This document shows, piece after piece, positions 1 to 13,290 of a stretch of DNA of 64,000 nucleotides. The notes beneath the pieces are model-generated. The model did not search any database. It had not been told where the DNA came from and worked only from the letters and a program-made list of their open reading frames with translations. Positions within the stretch are counted from its first letter, which is position 1. Every line of letters begins with the position of its first letter. The stretch is taken from NCBI GenBank assembly GCA_001600815.1, contig BCKZ01000027.1, forward strand, positions 168,000-231,999. The letters are read 5' to 3'. The DNA comes from Alloascoidea hylecoeti (Eukaryota). The position numbers and the translations under genes were made by a program.

Positions 1-1600
1 TCAGAAATTAATTGACATTAGTTCGTCGTAGCGTGTAACTCAATCAAAAAGATCTTATAAGCAATTTAGAACCCCTTGGTGATAGATTCCTTAAGCTATA
101 AGCAACCCCTGTCATGAATGTTAATAGAAATAAGTAAACAGAATGATACAAGGGCAATGATCAAGAATGTCTGAGGGATCGAAAACACAATTACAATAAT
201 CAATAACTTAATCAAAAATGAAGAACTCTCTCAAATAATAGCTTTTTTATAAAAAAAGATTTTCACTTGTAGAAGCCTAAAATCCTTCGAATCTCCGATA
301 TCGATAACTTCCGGAAGTTTTTTATATTTTCACCCGGTGTTGAGCCTTCTAATGATTCTATAAGTTTTACCTATACGACAGTAACTACACGCACCTGTCG
401 AAAATCACACGATACAAGTATTGTCAATTCAGCTTCCAGAGGGATTAATCAGTGAGTGTGTAAAATTAAAGGTTCGATACCAAAGTGATCACCAGTATTA
501 AATCTATTATTGATTGCAACTTAAACAGATGATCATATTAACACCGAAAACCTTTATTACCCTCAATCCACCTCTGGACCTTCAAGAACCACCACAGAAG
601 GCTGAAGCTATTAATAATCTTTAGGGTAGATCCTTACATAGCTGGCTCTTGGCACTTTTTTATGAATCTCCCGTCTAATCAAGCATGATTTATTCTGAGA
701 GATCGTAAATTCGTAATGCTTTATTTATACCTTTAGTCCCTTGCATTTTTCATTCTGGAATTTGGCACGATAACAACTTTGTTTTTTGATTTTCTTTAGG
801 ATGTTCTCAATTACCCCTCAAAAAGAATCAAAATAAAGCATGAAGGGACTGTCATTATTACATAAGAGTAGCCTTATGCTTGTGAATCATAACCAACAAA
901 GTTTGAACAAAGAATATAGGGTAATTATATTAGGATTCTTCTTGTTTACGCAAAATAAAACAAACTATACAAGGAATCAAAAGCATTGCTGGGTTTGATA
1001 AAATAGGTAGTAGAAACCCCATAATTACTAATTAGCCATTAATCATGATTCGTGAAGCGCATCAGGATGGTTTACAGGGATTTGGAAATGACTTCTCCAA
1101 AGGACCTTTAATGGAGAACCTCATGGCCGTATATGGTTCCTGAAAGGAATTATAAGAAATGAGTAATTATGTGTTAAGAAGCAGGGATTTTCTATTAGTA
1201 ATGGTTTTAACTTTTAAAGTATTTTAAGAACAAGAACCTTACGTGAATTAATAAAGATTTGTAACCATTTTCGAATATATTTTTTTGTGGTTGAAGAAAA
1301 AGATGACGGTGTGTATTAATGATGTGTATTAATGATGTATAACGAAAATGAAAAATGAATGAAATAAATTACATTTCGAACATGTCGGTTGCTATTGTTG
1401 TGAACCGAGGGTCATTTGAAAAGTTTAAAATTCAAAGAAAACCAGAAAAAGGAAATTAAAAACAGATATTAATAATAACGTTAATCCGTCTTTCCCGCCC
1501 AAGAGACGTTATTTAACTCCATATCTTTCTCGATTTTCTCGGGATTTTTTAAACTTCACCATCTTCACGACAATAGGAAATAAGAAAGATTTATAGATCT

Positions 1601-3062
1601 ATGTTCTTTAATATTCTAAGGCCGAGAATTGTGGTCGCGGTGTTATTAACAATAGGTATCTGCATATATAATACTTCTGCTTTGGTTATACCCGATGGAG
1701 AATACGATCAATTACAATCCCGACTACAGACACAATTATTAAATGATAATGATCATAATGATGATAATATTGAAGATGTGTTGAATGATTTCAAGTTAAC
1801 TGGATTTCTATCTGGTCAGATACATAAAGCTCTTGGTAGTTATTGTCTTTCATATTCAATGGTAAGTAAAATGCTTATATATTTAATTAATTTGAATTTA
1901 ATAATTAATTTTTATGTTTCATTATTTAATTTTATGTTTTTTTAGGATATTGATGTAAAATATAATCAATTAAACTCAATTGAAACGAATAATGATCCTG
2001 AAGAGTTGTTAGTCTATGTTTCTCGAACTTTGACTATTAATAAATACGATCATGATCATGACATTAATCATGAGAAATTTAAAAATATGCATATGAACAC
2101 TAGCGTGAATAGGGTTGGGCGAATAGAGGTTGATTCTGTAAGTAAATATAACTATGAAAGATTGAATTTATAAATTGAAATCCTGAAAAACTAACTGATG
2201 ATTTATAAAGGAATATTCATTTGATTTGGACTTAACTCGAAAAATACCATATACAGATCCATCAATGTTTATTGAATTAAAACCAAAATTAATAACATCA
2301 AATACTAAAATAATATCATCAGTTGATGATTTAAATATAGAAGAATCGGATATAAATTCAAAAGATCTATTACTTTTATCAAAATTTAGTTCAACTTTAA
2401 ATGATGATGATGAGCTTAAGAATGAGAATGACAATATTATATCATTAAAAATAGGTATAGATCCAATTAAGACAAAGTATATTTCTAGACATGGAACAAT
2501 TACGGTTAATCTTAAAACAATTAATAATGATATTGAAAATGATATTGAAAATGAACAACTTATAAATTTGGGAATTCAATTTCCTTTGGCTATATATGAA
2601 GGATCATTCCCATTATCAGTTGCAAAGACAATTAATAACAAAAATATATATAATTGTAAAACAAATCTAAAAGATTTTATAAATACTCAATTAAATATTA
2701 ACTGTCATAATTATTATCATCAATTACAAAAATTAAGGAATTCAACATCAAGTTCAATATTAATATTAAATGAAAATTTAAGAGACTCAAATGGATCACA
2801 TTTTTTTTTATTTGAATTTTTAACAAATGAAATTGGATTACCTTCTTCAGTTGCTACAATTTTATTAAGCTTTGGACCATTTATTGTTATTTTATTAACT
2901 TTTGGAATTGTTGTTATTATTTTTTCAGTTTTTGTATTTGATTATTTAAGATATTATAAATTGATGATAAATAGGAAGAAAGCAATTAAAGAAAGAAGGG
3001 AAAGTATTGATAAAGGACATGATTATGTGTATGAATATGATGACGTTTATAAAAGTGTTTAA
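1601..3062 (+). CDS. Uncharacterised type I membrane/secretory protein, 3 exons (1601-1861, 1946-2137, 2211-3062)
   Basis: N-terminal hydrophobic signal (VVAVLLTIGICIYNTSA). Introns 1862-1945 and 2138-2210 have GTAAGT donors and TAG/AAG acceptors, with an ACTAAC branch in intron 2. Splicing joins the two ORFs in frame. C-terminal TM helix followed by a basic tail. Confidence 0.75.
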
Positions 3063-3299
3063 ATTTGATGTTTTTGGTTTTGTGTTTTAAATTTGGTTTT
3101 GTATCAATATGTATGGTAATCGTAAATGTAGATACCCGAGGGGTTTAATTTTTTTTGCCGACGATTATAAATGTGGCCTTACTAATATGTTAGTGGGGGG
3201 TACTATTATTATGGGGAACAGGAGGATACGAGGATCCCCCGAATAGGCATGCGAGGGAGTGAGAATCAACGAGGATCTATGATCATAATATTAACTAGT

Positions 3300-3390
3300 A
3301 AGATAACAGATAACATTTTTTTTAATTCTATTGTACCATTGTTTAAATATATTGTTTTTTTTTGACGAATATTTCATTGATAAGATAACG
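3300..3390 (+). promoter_or_regulatory. Clustered GATAA(G/C) sites upstream of the GATA factor gene (possible nitrogen/auto-regulation)
   Basis: agataacagataac at ~3301 and gataagataac at 3379-3389. Confidence 0.4.
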
Positions 3391-3674
3391 TCACGAAAAA
3401 AAAACCAAAAAAAAGCTTATCAAAAAAACCAACACAAACAAAATTTTTCACCTCAACTTTTTTTTTTTCAAACTTTTTTTTGCAAGCTTTTTTCAACTTT
3501 TATCTCTTTTTCCAATTGGCAAATTTTAATTATTTTGTTATTTTGCTACCACTTTTTTCACTTTTCTCCTTCTGCAAAATTCAACCTTTTACTTTGGATC
3601 TTTTCTGATCAAATCTGTCACCTGTTTTTTGTTTGTCGTCAGACTTCGTATATATCTAATAAAATATCTATAAA

Positions 3675-5972
3675 ATGTCGCCTGCATCCTCAACAGATAG
3701 TGAAAAAATCAAAATCGAACACAGGATTAAAAATGAACAGGTTTCAAATAATTCAAATTTTACTCCGCAGATACCAAAAGATTTCGTCGCTATAAATATT
3801 GATAATCTTATCTCGGCTTCCGCTCCAACTACTCCTGCCCTTGATGCCAAAATGAATAAAATGAGTATTAATGAACTTCACCAACATCAACAACAACAAC
3901 AACAACCCCGTCCTTTATCAAACCCTCCGACCCCAACACAATCAAATAAAAAGTTATCGTCAGTAAACCCCACAGGATCTTCTTCGTCATCCACGGCTTC
4001 AGTTTCGACACCGGCTGCAAAAGGTGGTACTAATCCGGCCGATGGTTCTCAACCTATCTGTAAAAATTGTACAACCGGTACAACTCCTCTTTGGAGGCGG
4101 GATGAACATGGAAATGTCCTTTGTAATGCCTGTGGCTTATTTCTAAAACTTCATGGTCGTCCGCGGCCAATCAGCTTGAAAACAAATGTCATCAAAAGCA
4201 GAAATCGCGTAAAACATAATTCAAGTGATAAAGATAAGGATAAAAAGAAACCACATTCAAAGAGATCTAGCAATCATAATCATAATCATAATCATAATCA
4301 TAATAGTAGTAATCACAATCATAAAGGTTCTGAAAATGGAAATAGGAATATAATTATGGATAAAGAAGGAAATTCAAATGTAATTGCAAGTGGAAACGAC
4401 ATGTCGACGTTGAACATTTCAGAAAATGGTCGTCTCGTGCAATCTCGCAATATTAGTAAAAGAGACTCAACATCTTTAAGAACTTATTCTCCTGCTTCTA
4501 CAAATTCCAGTGGTTTAGACACTTCTCCATCGATTCATGAAACCCCATATTTTGGACCTAATGGTGGACCAAATGCGCCAAGTATTGTGAATAATGGAAT
4601 TGGAAACGTTCCATCTCCTTATTTATTGCCTTCAATCCATGATAATCATAAAAATATGACAAGACCTTCTCCAATGGTTGATCCTTCATCTCCTTCAAAT
4701 TCTTGTAATAATGGTAATAATAATAGTTTAAAAGCGTTAAGTTGGGCAGTTACAAATTCTTTTCCAACACCTTTACTTTCCAGTGGGAATAACATTAACA
4801 ACAATAATAATCATCAAAATATTCCTGGTACTGGGGGTGAATTTCAATCTCCAGTTTTACAAAGTATAACTTCTCCATTATTATTATCTTCAACTCCAAG
4901 GGTTTCAACATCATCTGCTACAAGTTTAAATGTACCACAATTGAATTCAAGAAGTGTTATACCAACTGTTCTAGATCAGTTACATTCAGTTGATTCCCCT
5001 GCTTCTCCATATTTAAGTGGATATCAACAACAATCGGATACAAGACAACAACCACATGCTGTACCTCCATTAAGATCTTCCTCTTCAACACTTAGCAGTA
5101 ATAGTAACAATAATTCTAAAAAATCAGTAATTCCTCCATTTTCACCATCAAATGCTTTAAACGGTGTTGCTTCTCCTGCTTTAAGAGCACTTAGTGGTCA
5201 GAATCCTCATGTTATTGCTTCATCTCCATCTTTTGGTCCTCAATATTCCTTATCAAATCCAACTTCTTTTAGCCTGAATAAACCAACAACTATTAGTACT
5301 AATAATAATGAAATTACAACAACAACAAAACCTGTAAATCTAAGCCCTCCACATCATTTATCAAAATTATCATCATCTCAACCTCAACTACCACCTTTAT
5401 CATCTGTTTCAACCTTAGCTTCTAAATCAAATTCAATATCTTCATTATTATCCCATTCAGGTAACAATAATTTATTAAATCCTCAATCAAAAACTATTAC
5501 AACAATGAAATTACGAGATTCATCTAGATTATCTACATTATCATCATTTAATGATACAGAAGAAGTTTCATTATTAAAAACTAGAATTTCAGAATTAGAA
5601 CTTGTTAATGATCTTTATAAAACAAAAATTACAGAATTAGAAGCTTTAGAATTAGCAGCAAGAGAACGTGAATATTTAATGAGGAGGAAACTTGATGAAT
5701 TACAAATTTTACCAATGCAATTAGGATTATCAGGTGGTAAGAATTTTGTATCATCAACATTGATGAATAATCAAAATAATCATGATAATGAATCAGCTTT
5801 AATTATTGATGATTCAAATGTAAGACATGAAAGACCAACAAGTATGACGATACCTTCAGTTCGAAGAAGAAGAAGTAGTATTGGTGGGCATGAGACTTTA
5901 GATTCGGTAAGGAATGATTTATTAAAACAAAAGGAAAAAGTTGAAAGGAAAAAGGCAAGATATGTTGATTAA
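3675..5972 (+). CDS. GZF3: GATA zinc-finger repressor with C-terminal leucine zipper (Gzf3/Dal80/AreB type)
   Basis: [50 protein letters not shown]; zipper [23 protein letters not shown]. Confidence 0.85.
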   Translation: MSPASSTDSEKIKIEHRIKNEQVSNNSNFTPQIPKDFVAINIDNLISASAPTTPALDAKMNKMSINELHQHQQQQQQPRPLSNPPTPTQSNKKLSSVNPTGSSSSSTASVSTPAAKGGTNPADGSQPICKNCTTGTTPLWRRDEHGNVLCNACGLFLKLHGRPRPISLKTNVIKSRNRVKHNSSDKDKDKKKPHSKRSSNHNHNHNHNHNSSNHNHKGSENGNRNIIMDKEGNSNVIASGNDMSTLNISENGRLVQSRNISKRDSTSLRTYSPASTNSSGLDTSPSIHETPYFGPNGGPNAPSIVNNGIGNVPSPYLLPSIHDNHKNMTRPSPMVDPSSPSNSCNNGNNNSLKALSWAVTNSFPTPLLSSGNNINNNNNHQNIPGTGGEFQSPVLQSITSPLLLSSTPRVSTSSATSLNVPQLNSRSVIPTVLDQLHSVDSPASPYLSGYQQQSDTRQQPHAVPPLRSSSSTLSSNSNNNSKKSVIPPFSPSNALNGVASPALRALSGQNPHVIASSPSFGPQYSLSNPTSFSLNKPTTISTNNNEITTTTKPVNLSPPHHLSKLSSSQPQLPPLSSVSTLASKSNSISSLLSHSGNNNLLNPQSKTITTMKLRDSSRLSTLSSFNDTEEVSLLKTRISELELVNDLYKTKITELEALELAAREREYLMRRKLDELQILPMQLGLSGGKNFVSSTLMNNQNNHDNESALIIDDSNVRHERPTSMTIPSVRRRRSSIGGHETLDSVRNDLLKQKEKVERKKARYVD

Positions 5973-7856
5973 CCGTTTTTTTCAATTGATCAATTAATTA
6001 ATTTTCATTGCTTTTCTTTTTTACGATTATTTATCAGTACCAAAAAAATAAAATATGGGGAAAAAAATCTATATATTATTATTATTCTTTAAGTTTGATT
6101 TCTAAAGGAGTTAAGTTAAGTTGCAAAAAAAAAAAAATGAAAAAATGAAAAAATGAAAAAATGAAACTATCATTTTTATTATTATATTTTTTTTATTATT
6201 ATCAAATTATTTTTATTTTTATTTATATCTTGATTTTTTTTCTTTCTGCCTTTCTTTCAAAGCAAGAACTAAAATTGTAAAAATACAAATTGTTTAATTT
6301 TAACGATAACAAATGAATAATAATAATACATAATGGAATGAAATAATATATGGTATGATATGATATGATATGATATGATATGATCTTTTTTATATTTTTT
6401 ATATTTTTTATTATTACTATAATTAAGTTAATTGAAAGGTAAGAAGAAGGTAAATGTTAGTTATGATATCAATATTGATATCAAACTAAGGGAACAATAT
6501 ATTTATATATAATTTATTGTTAAAAATGGTGCATGTTATGATAATCTAGGTACATAACTGTACCCATAAACCTTTGATATAACAATTCAATTTATTCATA
6601 TATACATATAAGTGATAATCCATATACACGTATTAATCTGTAAGTTATAGATCACTGCAGATCTAAATTTTTACCTACGTGATGTGTTTCATGCCATATC
6701 ACTTTGTAATGTATGAGATGGAAAAGGGTCCATATTCAAGTTCAACATCACCTCAACGCAATCTGGTGAACATGTGCATTTATGGGGGTATTTAAACTTT
6801 GTCACGCAATCAGATAAGATAAAAATAAAAACGGTAGTAATGAAGTATGAGTTAGAGTTGTTGTAATAATATTAATGAATACAATAAAGTATAGAAATTA
6901 AAACTGTTTATTTAAAGGAGAATATGTAGTCTTTATATAGTCTATTTACTATTAAGTTAGGGATCTATTAAAAGACTCATTTGTTGAAACTTCTATATGT
7001 GTGGCATGAATAAAACAATGTCTCTTATTAGGATGTATGTTGTTAGGTGTTTCACGTGTTAGACATACTACGTAAACTTGCGATTGGGAAAAAAAAGCTT
7101 ATTAAGTCTTCATATGGGTATGCTATGACATTTTGCCAAAGTCTGTATCTTCTTTCCCACATATAATTATATATTTCTTTTTTCTTATAATTAGCAGGAC
7201 CTTTTGATTCTATGATCACACTCGTTGATTACTCGTTGATTAATTAGCCTCGGTAATCACAAGACCACAAACAAAAAAAATATCTGACCAAATAAAAATC
7301 AACTTCGGACGAGTAAAGTTGGTGGGTAACCCTGAACGAAAAAAAAAAGAAGCCTTTAAATGGTCCCACATTCGTCTCTTAATGGCTTCTTCTTCTTCTT
7401 CTTCTTCTTCTTCATAGTTTCTTTATAGTTTAGTCTTTTACAGATAGATAGAACTCAAATATAGTCTAATATTCTAGAATCTATCACAAACATCTTCTGA
7501 GACTCATCTTATCTTATACAAATAGACAAGTGTTGGTGTTAACATCTATTTTGTGTAACGTTATGGGAAAAAATTTGGAGGTTTAATAAATAAGCGCCGT
7601 ATTACATATAACTTATAATATATAATGTACCAACTTATTAATAGCTGGACTCATTATATAAAACTTTTTTGCAATTGTTGAGAAGACTGATTGGTAAGTG
7701 TAACGATATATCATCGGCAAATCAGACGACGACATGAATAAATTAAAAAATGTGACATTAAAATAATACAGTATAAATATTGATACCATAATTCAAAATC
7801 ACAAACCTATAATTACATAAATAACAATATTATGAAAAAAAAAATTTCATCTTATC

Positions 7857-9371
7857 TTATCTTAATCTTTTTTCAATTAATTTATCAATACCAATTTCTT
7901 GGTATTCCTTTTTACTTATCCATAATTGATGAAAAGTACCTAAACTTGAAACAATACTACCACCAATCCAACTTGAAAATCTTCTTTCAATTATATTACC
8001 TGAAGAATAAATTCTAATTTTTAAATTTGGTAATGATTTAATTAAATCTGAATTAATACGATCATTTAAACCTTGTAATAAAGAACCAGAACCTGTTATA
8101 ACTATATTATTTGCTAAATTTGATCTAATGTCAACATCACATGCATTAAGGGTTTCTAGAATTAATGATGATATACCAATTGGTGAATATGTTGGTTGTG
8201 GAACTTCTGTATCATAAACATAATTTGCTTTTTCTTTTTCTTTGTCTTTTTCTTTTTCTTTTTCTTTTTCTTTTTCTTTTTCTTTATCACCATTTGTAGT
8301 TCCATTTGTTTTACCATTTTGTTCAGATTTAACTTCTAAATTTGCATCAAACAATTTTGGCTCAAATAAACATTCACTAGTTTTATATCTTAATTCACCA
8401 AATTCACCAATATAACCAGTTGGGAATTCAAATTTCCTTTTATCGTAATCAACAACTATATTATCATTATTATTACCATTTTTAGGATCATTAAAAGGAG
8501 TTGATAAAACTTGACAAGTAGACTCTTTGAATTCTGTTATAACTCTGTTTATTTGAAAATCATGATATGATTGGGTTATATTATAATCTAATGGATTTAT
8601 ATTAATTATTGATGATGGTTTAAAATCGTTTTTCCATGGAAATGTTTTTAATTTATAAATTGCATCATTACCTATATCAACTTTTTCTTTTGATTTAATA
8701 AAATATCTTGGTATAATTTCAATTGACGGATTATTTAATAATAAAGATTTTTTAATTGATTGATTTAAAAAACTTCCTGCATAATTTGAATATCTTGTGT
8801 TTCTAATTAATGAAATTCCATCAATTACTGGTGTGACACTAATAACATCATGACCAACATCAACAACTAATGATGTTGCTTTACCAGCTGTAAAAGAATT
8901 ACAAACAGAATTTTTAATCATGAAAAAAGCAGGAGATTGATAATATTCAAATGCATATTCCAGAGATTTCTTTTTATTTTCAATTGAATTTAAAATTGAT
9001 TCAACTAACAAAAATGGTTGTTCTTTTAAATTAATTGATAATCGATTAAATGAATGATCCCACAATTGAATAGTTGAATCCCAATCAGTTATATTTCCAT
9101 TGACCATTGTTGGTTTTAGTTCTGTATTGGGGCGTGTTAAATTGATACTATTATCACCAATATATACCTTTTTTTGATTTGTTGATTTAGTTGTATCAGT
9201 CATTTCAACGTCTCCATCTCCATCTCCATCTCCATTTGAAGCAGGAACACCGACATGTGAAGGTAGGATGAGTTTTGGGGTATCTTCACCAGAAGAGCCT
9301 ATTCGAGTCCACAAGGAACCTGGATCCACCACAACAGCAGCAACCTCGTCTCCACCATAGAGAGCAGACAT
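7857..9371 (-). CDS. ARP4: Nuclear actin-related protein Arp4
   Basis: MSALYGGDEVAAVVVDPGS start (ATG at 9371); C-terminal SWIGGSIVSSLGTFHQLWISKKEY. Confidence 0.93.
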   Translation of the reverse strand: MSALYGGDEVAAVVVDPGSLWTRIGSSGEDTPKLILPSHVGVPASNGDGDGDGDVEMTDTTKSTNQKKVYIGDNSINLTRPNTELKPTMVNGNITDWDSTIQLWDHSFNRLSINLKEQPFLLVESILNSIENKKKSLEYAFEYYQSPAFFMIKNSVCNSFTAGKATSLVVDVGHDVISVTPVIDGISLIRNTRYSNYAGSFLNQSIKKSLLLNNPSIEIIPRYFIKSKEKVDIGNDAIYKLKTFPWKNDFKPSSIININPLDYNITQSYHDFQINRVITEFKESTCQVLSTPFNDPKNGNNNDNIVVDYDKRKFEFPTGYIGEFGELRYKTSECLFEPKLFDANLEVKSEQNGKTNGTTNGDKEKEKEKEKEKEKDKEKEKANYVYDTEVPQPTYSPIGISSLILETLNACDVDIRSNLANNIVITGSGSLLQGLNDRINSDLIKSLPNLKIRIYSSGNIIERRFSSWIGGSIVSSLGTFHQLWISKKEYQEIGIDKLIEKRLR

Positions 9372-9620
9372 TTCATTCAAATTTCACTTGTTTGGGACTT
9401 CAAGAGAACAAGCAAGGAGGTTAGTTACACCCGTGACCAAATAAACCTCGTCATGCTGTGTCTTACACTGAATCCACATCCCTAGAGTTTCCTGTGAAAT
9501 ATTCCGGGCGAATCCTCCAATAGCCTGCCTCCAATTTCCCTTCCTATTCGAAGCAACCCAATCGCACTTCTCTCTCCAATTGCACTCCTTCACCTTCACC
9601 CGAACCCGAACCCTCCTGCA

Positions 9621-11414
9621 ATGCTGCGTAATATAGTGTCCCGTCGGGCTGTTCCACCCCGTCAATGCATTGCTGTGCCTGTGATTGGCCGATCCTTCGC
9701 TGCCTCTGGTGCTCTCCGCGCGGGCTCCCAATCCGGCAAACCTCGCGTGTTCCCTCCACCCCCAGACCCCCCAGCCTTTTCCGTTTCCAAAGTGCGGGCG
9801 GCCCCAATTGCACCCGTGAAGACCCCCCTGACGACACCCCCGGCCCCCCAAGTTGCGCCCGCTCCTAAAAAAACCCACAAATTCCGAAGATTTCTTATTG
9901 AAACTTTTCTTTTAGCAGCGGGGTTTTACGCCGTTGGAACTTATCTTTCCTTGGAATATGATTACGTTAATGATTTGTTTACCGAATATGTTCCTTTTGC
10001 AGAACAACTGGTTTTCTTTGCCGAAGATCAGAAATTCCAACAAAAGTTTAAAAACTTGGATTTATCAAAATATACTTCGACTAGACAAACCCATGATAAC
10101 GATGAAAGAGTAATCATTCCAAATGCAGGTGTTGTTCCTAAAGGTTTGGATCTTCCATTAGATGATCCAAGTGCTATAGACATCACAAAACCAGGTCCAC
10201 ATACTTCTTCTTTAGTTACTCCTCCAACTCCACCTCATACTCCAACTGAACAGAAATCAAAAGCTCTTGCTTTAGCTCCTTATAATTCTGGAAAAGCATC
10301 TTCATTACCTGTTATTTTGGTAAAAGAAACTGATCCATTAATTCAATCAACTGTTGAAGCATTAAATAAACTGATTATCGCAATAAATGGTTCACATGTT
10401 TCTGATAATGATATTTCAACTGTTACTGAAAAAATTAATAGGTTATCAATTGAACTTTCTTCATTACGTAAACAACATAAAGAAGAATTAAAGAATCAAT
10501 CAGAACAACAAACAATGAAATTTCAATTAGAAAATCAAAATAGGGATTTAGAAATTAAAGAAGCTTTATCAAAACAACAAGAACATTGGTCAAATGAATT
10601 TTTAAAAGAAAGAGAAGAAATTTCAAATTTATATAAAAAAAGATTAAATTTAGAATTACAATCAAATAAAGAAAATTTTATAAATGCAACAAATAATGTT
10701 ATAACTGCTTCAAGAATTGAACAATATAAAGAATTTTCAAAACAAATTAATGAATTAGTTGAAAATGAAAGAGATGGCAGATTATCAAAATTAAATGAAT
10801 TATCTCAAAATTTAGATGAAATTTCAAAATTAGCCGTTAAAGTTGATGATTTAATAAATAAATCTTTTAAATCATCACAATTAAATTTAACTGTTAATAA
10901 ATTAACAACTGCTATAAATGATGTTGAACCAAAACCATTAAAACCAATTATTAATGAATTAAATAAAATTAATAAATCTGATTCATCCGAGAAACATGAT
11001 GAATTAATTGATTTAATTATTGAAAATATTCCTGAAAATATTTTAGAACAAGGTATTTTAACTCCATCTCAATTACATTCAAGATTTCAACAATTATTAC
11101 CTTCTTTACGTGATGCTTCTTTATTACCACAAGATGCTGGTATTGCTGGTCATATTGGTTCATGGATTTTTAGTAAATTATTATTTTCTAAAAAAGGTTT
11201 ACCTTTAGGTTCTGATTTTGAATCAATAATTGCAAGAACTGAAACTGCTTTACAAGAAAGTAGAGTTATTGATGCTGTTGAAGAAATTAATAAATTAAAA
11301 GGTTGGCCAAAAGTTTTGGCTAGAGATTGGATTATAGAAGGTAGAAAAAGATGTGAAATACAATTTGCTGAAAGTGCATTAAGAGAAGAAGCTAAATTGT
11401 ATGGTGTTGAATAG
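9621..11414 (+). CDS. MIC60: MICOS subunit Mic60 (mitofilin)
   Basis: Mitochondrial presequence, TM (FLLAAGFYAVGTYLSL), coiled coil, C-terminal AVEEINKLKGWPKVLARDWIIEGRKRCE. Confidence 0.92.
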   Translation: MLRNIVSRRAVPPRQCIAVPVIGRSFAASGALRAGSQSGKPRVFPPPPDPPAFSVSKVRAAPIAPVKTPLTTPPAPQVAPAPKKTHKFRRFLIETFLLAAGFYAVGTYLSLEYDYVNDLFTEYVPFAEQLVFFAEDQKFQQKFKNLDLSKYTSTRQTHDNDERVIIPNAGVVPKGLDLPLDDPSAIDITKPGPHTSSLVTPPTPPHTPTEQKSKALALAPYNSGKASSLPVILVKETDPLIQSTVEALNKLIIAINGSHVSDNDISTVTEKINRLSIELSSLRKQHKEELKNQSEQQTMKFQLENQNRDLEIKEALSKQQEHWSNEFLKEREEISNLYKKRLNLELQSNKENFINATNNVITASRIEQYKEFSKQINELVENERDGRLSKLNELSQNLDEISKLAVKVDDLINKSFKSSQLNLTVNKLTTAINDVEPKPLKPIINELNKINKSDSSEKHDELIDLIIENIPENILEQGILTPSQLHSRFQQLLPSLRDASLLPQDAGIAGHIGSWIFSKLLFSKKGLPLGSDFESIIARTETALQESRVIDAVEEINKLKGWPKVLARDWIIEGRKRCEIQFAESALREEAKLYGVE

Positions 11415-12261
11415 ATTAAATAATTACTTTGTTGAGAATTAGAATTATCTGAAGAGGGATGATAAAAACAATATACATATAAATTAAAGCAATTAATGGG
11501 TGAATAAAATCCTTATTATATTATAAATTTAAAGGTTAAACTTGTAATATTGAATTATTGTTATTCTAAATTAGGGCAGATTTTGTGGGTTGGGCAGCCT
11601 GCAACAGCAGCTCCATAGCGTACCACAGTCACATGTCAGACGGATCCGTGTGTGATCATATCACATGACTATCCTAGAGTATATAATGTCTAGGTTCTTC
11701 ATCATCTCATTAACACATCATTAGGCTATTAGTATTAAGCCCTCGGTTTCCGTTCTGTATTTAACAGTATATTTTTCAATACAAAGACTTATAATTTTAA
11801 AATAAGTTAAGTTTGTTATCAACCCCACCTGCTACCAAGAAGTCTTCTAAGACTGGGCTCAACCCTTTGAAATGTCAAGTAGAATGACCACTCGAAGTGC
11901 CAAGGGTGATCGATCCAGAGGCAAGTTTCTTTCGCATAATATTCGCCCACATTTGAGAAAATAATTAGGTCATATGTCAATGTTACAAATTCAACCATAT
12001 GATGCACAAACCATTCGGCCATATTTTGAATTAAAAATTAGGCCACATCATGGGTGAAAGTTCGACCATTTCTTGAATAAAATATTCGACCACGTGATGC
12101 TTATAATAAAACTAGTGTGCACAATTCTTATAAAGTTACTATCGTATGTATGTCAACACGTCGTTTCGTTTTAATTTCATGTAAGAAACTCATTTCAATA
12201 TATATTATCTATTTAACTATAGAATTTTTACTAACATTTGAACTTGTTTGACTTTATAGAA

Positions 12262-13290
12262 ATGGCATTACCTGGCGAAATAACTCTCAATTTTTCCCAA
12301 TCTAATCATGACAATAAGGTATTAAATAAATGTCAAAATTCAAGTAATCATAGAAGATCAAAACAATTCTATTCAGATTCAAATGAAAAATATTGTAATG
12401 ATTGTAAAAGAAGAAAAATTGAAAGAAAGCAAAAATATTTTGATAATAAAAAAAACATTTTATTTAATAAAACGAATATTCACGAAGAATCTGACCTATT
12501 TGAAAAAATAAAATCATCAAACTTTCAGATAAAACGTATGGCTACAATTGAAGATTCATCGTTACCAAATAGAAATGAAGGTGGTGTTGAAGAAGAATCA
12601 TCCTTTATTGATAATGTAGAAGCATATTTTGAAGAATTTATGAAACGCTTTGAGGAAAAGACGGGTTTACGAATGTTTAAAAATGAAAAAAGAAAGAATA
12701 AAACTTCACTTGTACGTTGTTACAATTGTACACAGGATAAAAAATGGCATCGTAAGAAGGAGAATCCCAAAACAATTCATGATCCATACAGGTTAAAATC
12801 ATATGACTGTCAATCAGAACTCAAGATTCAATATATATTTGACTTCAATTTTATCATTGTAAACTTTTCACATTCTTTATCACATCCTTTAATACCTCCA
12901 CCAAAGATTCATGAGTCCAATAAACTTACTGAGATTGACAATGACGTTGAAAATATAGCTGCTAATGATATTGTTGATGAAAATATCGATCAAGATTTAA
13001 TAGCAGAGATGAATCAAATGAGAGAAAAAGAAAATCGGATCAGAAATTTCTCAAATATACTTAGCGATCTTACAGAATATTGTAATAAATGGGCTCAATT
13101 GGATATAGAAAAATATTCTATTGTACCACCAGAACAATTAACGTTGATGGAAAAGCTGACAAGTTTCTTGAAAGAACCATTTATTCCTTTAAATAATGAT
13201 CCAACAATGATTCAAAAAAATCAGCCTCTAGAAGGCATAGAATACGATAAATGGATTCGTATATTAAAGTATTATAATCACAATGAGTAG
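12262..13290 (+). CDS. Uncharacterised protein with a WRKY-GCM1/FAR1-like zinc-finger motif
   Basis: Open 342-codon frame from ATG 12262, preceded by a probable intron (GTAAGA 12181, TACTAAC ~12229, TAG 12259); motif CYNC...YDCQSELKIQY...FSHSLSHP. Confidence 0.55.
   Translation: MALPGEITLNFSQSNHDNKVLNKCQNSSNHRRSKQFYSDSNEKYCNDCKRRKIERKQKYFDNKKNILFNKTNIHEESDLFEKIKSSNFQIKRMATIEDSSLPNRNEGGVEEESSFIDNVEAYFEEFMKRFEEKTGLRMFKNEKRKNKTSLVRCYNCTQDKKWHRKKENPKTIHDPYRLKSYDCQSELKIQYIFDFNFIIVNFSHSLSHPLIPPPKIHESNKLTEIDNDVENIAANDIVDENIDQDLIAEMNQMREKENRIRNFSNILSDLTEYCNKWAQLDIEKYSIVPPEQLTLMEKLTSFLKEPFIPLNNDPTMIQKNQPLEGIEYDKWIRILKYYNHNE

Noticed and set aside
1..1300. Coding-like decayed sequence
   Set aside because: No recognisable motif or sustained frame
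3331..3795. 154-aa Phe-rich ORF
   Set aside because: Poly-T promoter DNA of the GATA gene, TTG start
9384..9880. Several overlapping ORFs on both strands
   Set aside because: Shadow ORFs caused by stop-codon scarcity in the GC island overlapping MIC60
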